Shown here piece after piece: positions 59,381 to 64,000 of a stretch of DNA of 64,000 nucleotides; within the stretch, counting starts at the first letter, position 1, and each line of letters opens with the position of its first letter. The position numbers were made by a program, and so were the translations under genes. This stretch comes from Nitrosopumilaceae archaeon (GTDB lineage Archaea > Thermoproteota > Nitrososphaeria > Nitrososphaerales > Nitrosopumilaceae), in the NCBI GenBank assembly GCA_965214835.1, contig CBDCCK010000002.1, positions 416,001 through 480,000 of the forward strand. The letters are read 5' to 3'. A model generated the notes under the pieces. That model saw only the letters and a program-made list of their open reading frames with translations. It made no database searches and was not told the DNA's origin.

Positions 59381-59543
59381 ACTACTACCTCGGTCTCGTG
59401 ATTGCCATTGATATTTTTCTTTAGCAATTCCACAACTTGAGTAATGTTTTGGGATTCATTGTATGTTGGGATTATTATAGAAATAGTGCTACATTCTGTC
59501 AATTATACAGTTCACCGCCAGCCTGCTAATTTGTGTAACAAAG

Positions 59544-61011
59544 TCACCAATTACTCCTAATTTCAATCAGATCCCCCTCCCGTGTAAACTTGTAGCTGCC
59601 GTTTGGAAACTTTGATGCATCAATCTCCCCGACGGCTCCCTGAAACTGCTCTATCGTATCGGTGTTCTCATACACATACCTGAGTTCCGGACCCCTGTCA
59701 ATGTCATAAATAAAGTGTGGATCTGCCATGAGCAGTATTTTCTCTGTCCTTATCGGCTCAAACAGGATCAAGGAATAATCAACCAAGGTATTTTCCCTGT
59801 CATAAACATGGTACAGGATCCACGAGTACACGGGGCTTGCAAGTATGGTCATCTCCTCGTCTTTGGTGTTTTCCAGGACAAAAGAGAGCGCCTCAAACTG
59901 GGATGACGACACGTCGGCACTGATAATCATGCTGGTTGTAATCAGACCAAACGTTCCAACTGCAACGACGACCCCCAGCGTTGCATAGCCCTGAGCTGCT
60001 GTTTTTGCAATCTTACCAACCCCCCTGTCTATCAAGACTGCAGCTGCAATACACATTACGGGAATCAGCGGAATCCAGTGAAAGTATTGGACAAACCCGA
60101 TTGCCGCAAAAAACAAAAGCATCGGTGCAAACCACAGCAGGACGAACTTTTCCCTCCTTGCTGCGGCAAAGATAAATCCGGCAATTCCAAGCACCAGCAA
60201 AACCGAGTCAATTTCAAACAGGTATGCGACAATTACCGGCAGTCCACCACTGGCTCTTCCCGCCTGCCACAACACGTCATTTACCCACAAGTCAAACTGG
60301 CCTACAGACAGGCCATATACAGGCCAGATTGCCGGAATCAGGACGACAGGAGCAAGCCACAATCCCACATGCCTGGCTTTTTTGTCCGCACAATAAACTA
60401 GGACTGAAACCAAGGGAATTAGCGCAAATGCTGGAATCTTTGTAAAGACTGCAAGGCCCAAACAAACGCCGGATGAAATCATATGCGTGCTTTCTGTCCG
60501 AGTCCTTCGAGTAGAGTGCAAGCAGTATTGATGACAATGCAAACGGGAGGAATATTGAGTCAAGCAGTATTCTTCGAAGAAGCCATGACATTGGCATCAC
60601 TGCAAACAATATCGATGCAATTATTGCGACTCTGCGCCCAAACCTTTTTTCGGTAATTTTGTAGATCAGGAGCGTATCCAGGACGGCAAGAAGCCCCATG
60701 AACACCCGTGGAACCAGGTAAAGCGCCTCCAGCGACGAGGCATCTGTGGAAGCACCAAGCGAGTCAGGATGCCCTGTCATTTGCAGGATGCCAGACAGGA
60801 CTATCTGGCCAAAGAACGGATGATCATAAAACCAGCCTTCCTGCGGACTGCCATTGTCCAGAATGTTCATGGCACGCCGCACGTATACTCCCTCATCAAA
60901 GAAGATGTCTGGAAACCCCACCGGATTCCAAAGATGCGTGTACGCCGAAAGTATCAGCGGAACCATCAGCAGAAACAGCGAAGCCCTTTTACTTCCATAA
61001 ATGCTATGCAA
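59544..61011 (-). pseudogene. GT39/ArnT-like membrane glycosyltransferase, frameshifted near 60480
   Basis: The 5' ORF has FFDEGVY and YDHPFFG; the 3' ORF continues GLAVFTKIPA with TM helices in another frame. Confidence 0.8.
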
Positions 61012-61083
61012 CTACCCAACCTCAAATGAAAAACTCAACAAATTTGGCGTAACTCCGACGAAATTTACCTGTTTCGATATGAT

Positions 61084-61194
61084 CAGATAAGTGAAATGTA
61101 AATGAGGTTTGTTGTTTTGCCTTGTTACTGAGGTACCGTGCCTCTCGTCCAGTTTCTGTTTTTGCTCGATTTCAGGGTACTTTTCACTTAGCTG
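61084..61194. mobile_element. MITE family C
   Basis: Same-orientation homologue of 17158..17268. Confidence 0.85.
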
Positions 61195-61198
61195 ACAT

Positions 61199-61321
61199 AC
61201 AGTCTTCCCAGAAGTAACCGACCCATGGTGGCGCAGGAGGTGACATGCGGATCTGCAGGCATCCTTATCTGAATTGTTTCGAGCCCCGGATAATTTGATG
61301 CGGTACTTCTGGGAAGACTGT
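61199..61321. mobile_element. MITE family B
   Basis: Perfect 18-bp TIR ACAGTCTTCCCAGAAGTA / TACTTCTGGGAAGACTGT. Confidence 0.88.
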
Positions 61322-61326
61322 CGGTC

Positions 61327-61370
61327 AAGTTTCAAATTTTAGGCAGGGTTATGCAACAAGCTAGACTACA
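61327..61370 (+). repeat. 44-bp repeat, inverted copy at 63816..63859
   Basis: AAGTTTCAAATTTTAGGCAGGGTTAT(G/A)CAACAA(G/A)CTAGA. Confidence 0.8.
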
Positions 61371-61437
61371 GCGGGGGTGTTTTTACCATGTGTTCAACTA
61401 CTGACACAATGCGTAGCACATAATTATCAAAAAATAC

Positions 61438-61530
61438 GTACGAGGTCACGCCCCCCTGCTGGCTAGGCATGAAAATCATAGACACGCATGCCAACTCGTG
61501 CCTGATTGGCAGGGGCAGGTGACCTCGTAC
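61438..61530. mobile_element. MITE family E with 8-bp TSD
   Basis: TIR GTACGAGGTCAC / GTGACCTCGTAC. AAAAATAC is duplicated at 61430-61437 and 61531-61538. Confidence 0.9.
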
Positions 61531-61541
61531 AAAAATACAAT

Positions 61542-61618
61542 AGACCTTATGCGTAATCGGTTAAAATCAAAAAATCAGGCATCTTTTACGTCATTTTTGG
61601 CAATCACGCATAAGGTCT
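61542..61618. mobile_element. MITE family G with AAT TSD
   Basis: TIR AGACCTTATGCGT / ACGCATAAGGTCT; AAT on both sides. Confidence 0.85.
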
Positions 61619-61619
61619 A

Positions 61620-61766
61620 ATGAAAAACATGTTAAAAGCAAAGCGGATTGACCCCGCCCCGCTTTCTGCAGAGGAGATCAGTGACGTTGACGAATACTAT
61701 TCGGAAGACGAGGAGGCCATCCACTTTAGCAGTGGCGACGACCTGATCGACTGGCTGCACAGCTAG
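61620..61766 (+). CDS. 48-aa acidic putative antitoxin
   Basis: MKNMLKAKRIDPAPLSAEEISDVDEYYSEDEEAIHFSSGDDLIDWLHS; ends 3 bp before the RelE-like gene. Confidence 0.65.
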   Translation: MKNMLKAKRIDPAPLSAEEISDVDEYYSEDEEAIHFSSGDDLIDWLHS

Positions 61767-61769
61767 GCC

Positions 61770-62039
61770 ATGACATCCATGTGGGAGTTTGACGCCAAGA
61801 CCAAGTTCAAAAAACAGTACAGGGGCCTTAACCCCCAAACCCAGAAAAAGGTTGACGGGGCAATCGGTGAGCTGAAGTGCTCGGAAAATCCTGCACGCCG
61901 GGGAAAACACAAGTCCGACATGAGAGTTTTTGCATTCCACATAGGACGAAGATATCGGATCATATACAACATCGACCGGAGCAATAACACGGTAGAACTT
62001 CGCGTTTGTGACCACAAGTCAGCCTATGGCAAGGATTGA
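61770..62039 (+). CDS. RelE/ParE-family toxin
   Basis: KFKKQYRGL...YRIIY...LRVCDHK..Y; basic, 89 aa. Confidence 0.8.
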   Translation: MTSMWEFDAKTKFKKQYRGLNPQTQKKVDGAIGELKCSENPARRGKHKSDMRVFAFHIGRRYRIIYNIDRSNNTVELRVCDHKSAYGKD

Positions 62040-62290
62040 CGGGTTCTGGCCGGCTGCGATGATCCCGCGACTCCCTTTTGGATGCCTGATCTGTCAGGAT
62101 CGCCTGAGTTAACCAAGACCCGACCGGCCTCATATGGTGCGCAGTATGGGGTCACGCCTACCATCTGGTGCGCAGGACGTTCAGGCCAAGATTCACGTAG
62201 AGGCCCTACGTACTGCGCGCGTACTTTGACACGCAGCTGCTGATCGCCGAGTCCAGGGGAAGGATCGCACATGACTTCCGCGTCTTCCTT

Positions 62291-62545
62291 ATGGGGCACA
62301 GGGGAAGCATGGAGGCGCGATACACCACGAACAAGGGCGTGCTGCCTGACGTCCTGCTAGACGAGATGCGGGAAGCATTCGGACGATCCGAGGAGCACCT
62401 GGACCAGGCAGAGGCCGATCCAATCCTGGAACAAAAGCAGGAGGCGCTGCGGATGATAGAGGGGGCCACGCCGGATCAGCTCGGGCGCGTGCTAGAGGCA
62501 CTGCATATGCCGGCAATACGCGCTAGGGCAGGTCGTGGCAGATAG
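62291..62545 (+). CDS. Small hypothetical protein
   Basis: Plausible helical ORF; no motif. Confidence 0.4.
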   Translation: MGHRGSMEARYTTNKGVLPDVLLDEMREAFGRSEEHLDQAEADPILEQKQEALRMIEGATPDQLGRVLEALHMPAIRARAGRGR

Positions 62546-62562
62546 CGAAGATGCGGAGAGGC

Positions 62563-62980
62563 TCACTGCCGACGGCTGCACGTTTGTCGGCGTCCTGCCA
62601 AACGGCAGGGTGGTTCTTCAAAGGGATATGTGAGACCGCAAAGGCGCACCGAGTCACCGATTATGCCGTCTGCAAGCTCGATTGCGTGCATCCGCAGTGT
62701 CCCGGCGCCGCCGCGCATGATTCTTTTTGACTTGTTCTCTTCGGACTGCCACGGCGAGTCCTCAAAGGCAAGCCGGTTCTCTAGCTGTTCTTTTTCCTTG
62801 CACGCCTGCTTGTTTTGTTTAACTAGCTGGCCTGTTTTGCTCTTGTAGTGCTTGGACAAGCCTGTCATCTGAGCCCATACCGTAATAGAATCGCTACTGA
62901 TCTTTATGGTTGCAGGTATGCAAATCATAATCTATTGTGTTATCTTTTTAGAATAGATGGGTCGATTACGCATAAAGTCT
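62563..62980 (-). pseudogene. Possible transposase 5' remnant with family-G terminal repeat
   Basis: CGATTACGCATAAAGTCT at 62963-62980 lies upstream of a coiled-coil ORF fragment. Confidence 0.35.
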
Positions 62981-63009
62981 AGCATGCCCTTCCTATGCTC
63001 GGCACTGCA

Positions 63010-63270
63010 GATAGATGATCCGAAATTAGAAGCGTACGAATCTTGAGTGATTTCACAGATAATCTCTATTGTAACAGGTTAGCCCCTGCCTAAAGTTGGA
63101 GTTGCGTCCCTTGCCGGCCAGGCATGAAAATCACAACTGCAGGCAGACTCATGCCTGATTGCTGCCTAGGCAGGGGCTATCCTACTACTCTCTATTTTGT
63201 TGATATTTTGAGATGTCTTGTGCAAATTCGCTTACGCACAATCAAAATCTGCTAACTTTGATCAGCACTC
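63010..63270. mobile_element. MITE family F copy interrupted by an IS66-derived MITE
   Basis: 63010-63070 plus 63197-63270 align to the reverse complement of 35025..35163. Confidence 0.8.
63071..63188. mobile_element. IS66-derived MITE (118 bp)
   Basis: TIR GTAACAGGTTAGCCCCTGCCTA / TAGGCAGGGGCTATCCTACTAC; 8-bp TSD TCTCTATT. The interior matches the IS66 right end. Confidence 0.92.
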
Positions 63271-63301
63271 TGGGCGCAAGAATCTGAAAAAAGGCCAGAA
63301 C

Positions 63302-63385
63302 CTAGTCGTCATCAGCAAGATCATCCAAAAGCTTGGAGTATTTTTCCATAAGCTCTTCGTTGATTTTCCTATCTTCGGGGCTCAT
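63302..63385 (-). CDS. 27-aa putative antitoxin peptide
   Basis: MSPEDRKINEELMEKYSKLLDDLADDD; overlaps the 3' end of the Fic/Doc gene. Confidence 0.55.
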   Translation of the reverse strand: MSPEDRKINEELMEKYSKLLDDLADDD

Positions 63386-63814
63386 GCTTGTTCATTCTCT
63401 GGGAAATATAAAAAAACAGCTGCTCCATGACTTCCTGATTCAGGGTCAAAAACCTGTCCTTGATTCTCCTTAACATCCGCCTTAATTCCAGGTTCTCTTC
63501 TTCCGGATCAATGTCCAAACCATATCCGTTGTCGCGTAAAAACTTGCCTGCTGCGATAATTCCGGTTCTTCTATTGCCGTCCATGAATGGCTGCTTCAAA
63601 GCAATTGCCCCGATAATGTGGGTGGCTATCTCAAGCAAGTCTCGCTTCCTGCTTCCAGAGTTGCCAACTCTGTTTATCATCAAAAGCGCCTCGTCCATGT
63701 TTTTTGGAATGACTCCGACGTACACGTGCTTGCCGGTTCTTTTCCTCTCTCTTATAGTGGCGACTGAAAGTCTTTGATCACCAAAAAGTGTCTTCCTGCG
63801 TAGTTTACACCCAT
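63369..63814 (-). CDS. Fic/Doc family protein (5' end possibly frameshifted)
   Basis: QPFMDGNRRTG motif. The ORF track start is GTG 63725; the promoter-proximal ATG at 63814 is in another frame. Confidence 0.75.
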
Positions 63815-64000
63815 GTGTGCTCTAGTTTGTTGTATAACCCTGCCTAAAATTTGAAACTTTACTGAAAATCGCCGGAATGATCAACTAATTCTGACCGAAA
63901 AAGTAATGGATCATGAGGATGCCTCGTATGGTATACATTGACACACACGGACAATGCAAAGTACGTAGAGAGAGGGGCAGGCCTGGTCGTCAAGTACAAC

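Overview
This window comes from an ammonia-oxidising archaeon (Thaumarchaeota/Nitrososphaerota, Nitrosopumilaceae-like gene content). Its GC-rich coding DNA, giant repeat protein and many decaying insertion sequences suggest a host-associated lineage such as a sponge symbiont; this is inference. Core content: the full AMO locus (amoA, amoX, amoC, amoB and probable amoY/amoZ), non-oxidative pentose-phosphate genes, pepA, ABCE1, Trm5, an rps15-RecJ-like-Pcc1-serS block, a stand-alone 5S rRNA and three tRNAs (tRNA-Leu(TAA) has two introns). Accessory content: a 14-kb gene for a 4656-aa LVIVD beta-propeller/Ig-repeat surface protein with a CFI-box C-terminus and two upstream poly-G tracts; IS6, IS66, IS481 and IS630 elements or remnants; at least eight families of short inverted-repeat elements (MITEs), several nested or piled up; HNH and NERD nucleases; and toxin-antitoxin modules. 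The most notable observations are: (i) an IS481 inserted into the 5' end of the Dam methylase gene, whose terminal repeat supplies a new in-frame ATG; (ii) two Fic/Doc toxins, each paired with an unannotated 27-35-aa peptide resembling only the toxin-binding tail of an antitoxin; (iii) loop-focused variation in the adhesin propeller repeats; (iv) an IS66 that splits an XPD/DinG helicase, plus MITEs derived from it. All calls were made by eye and no database searches were run.
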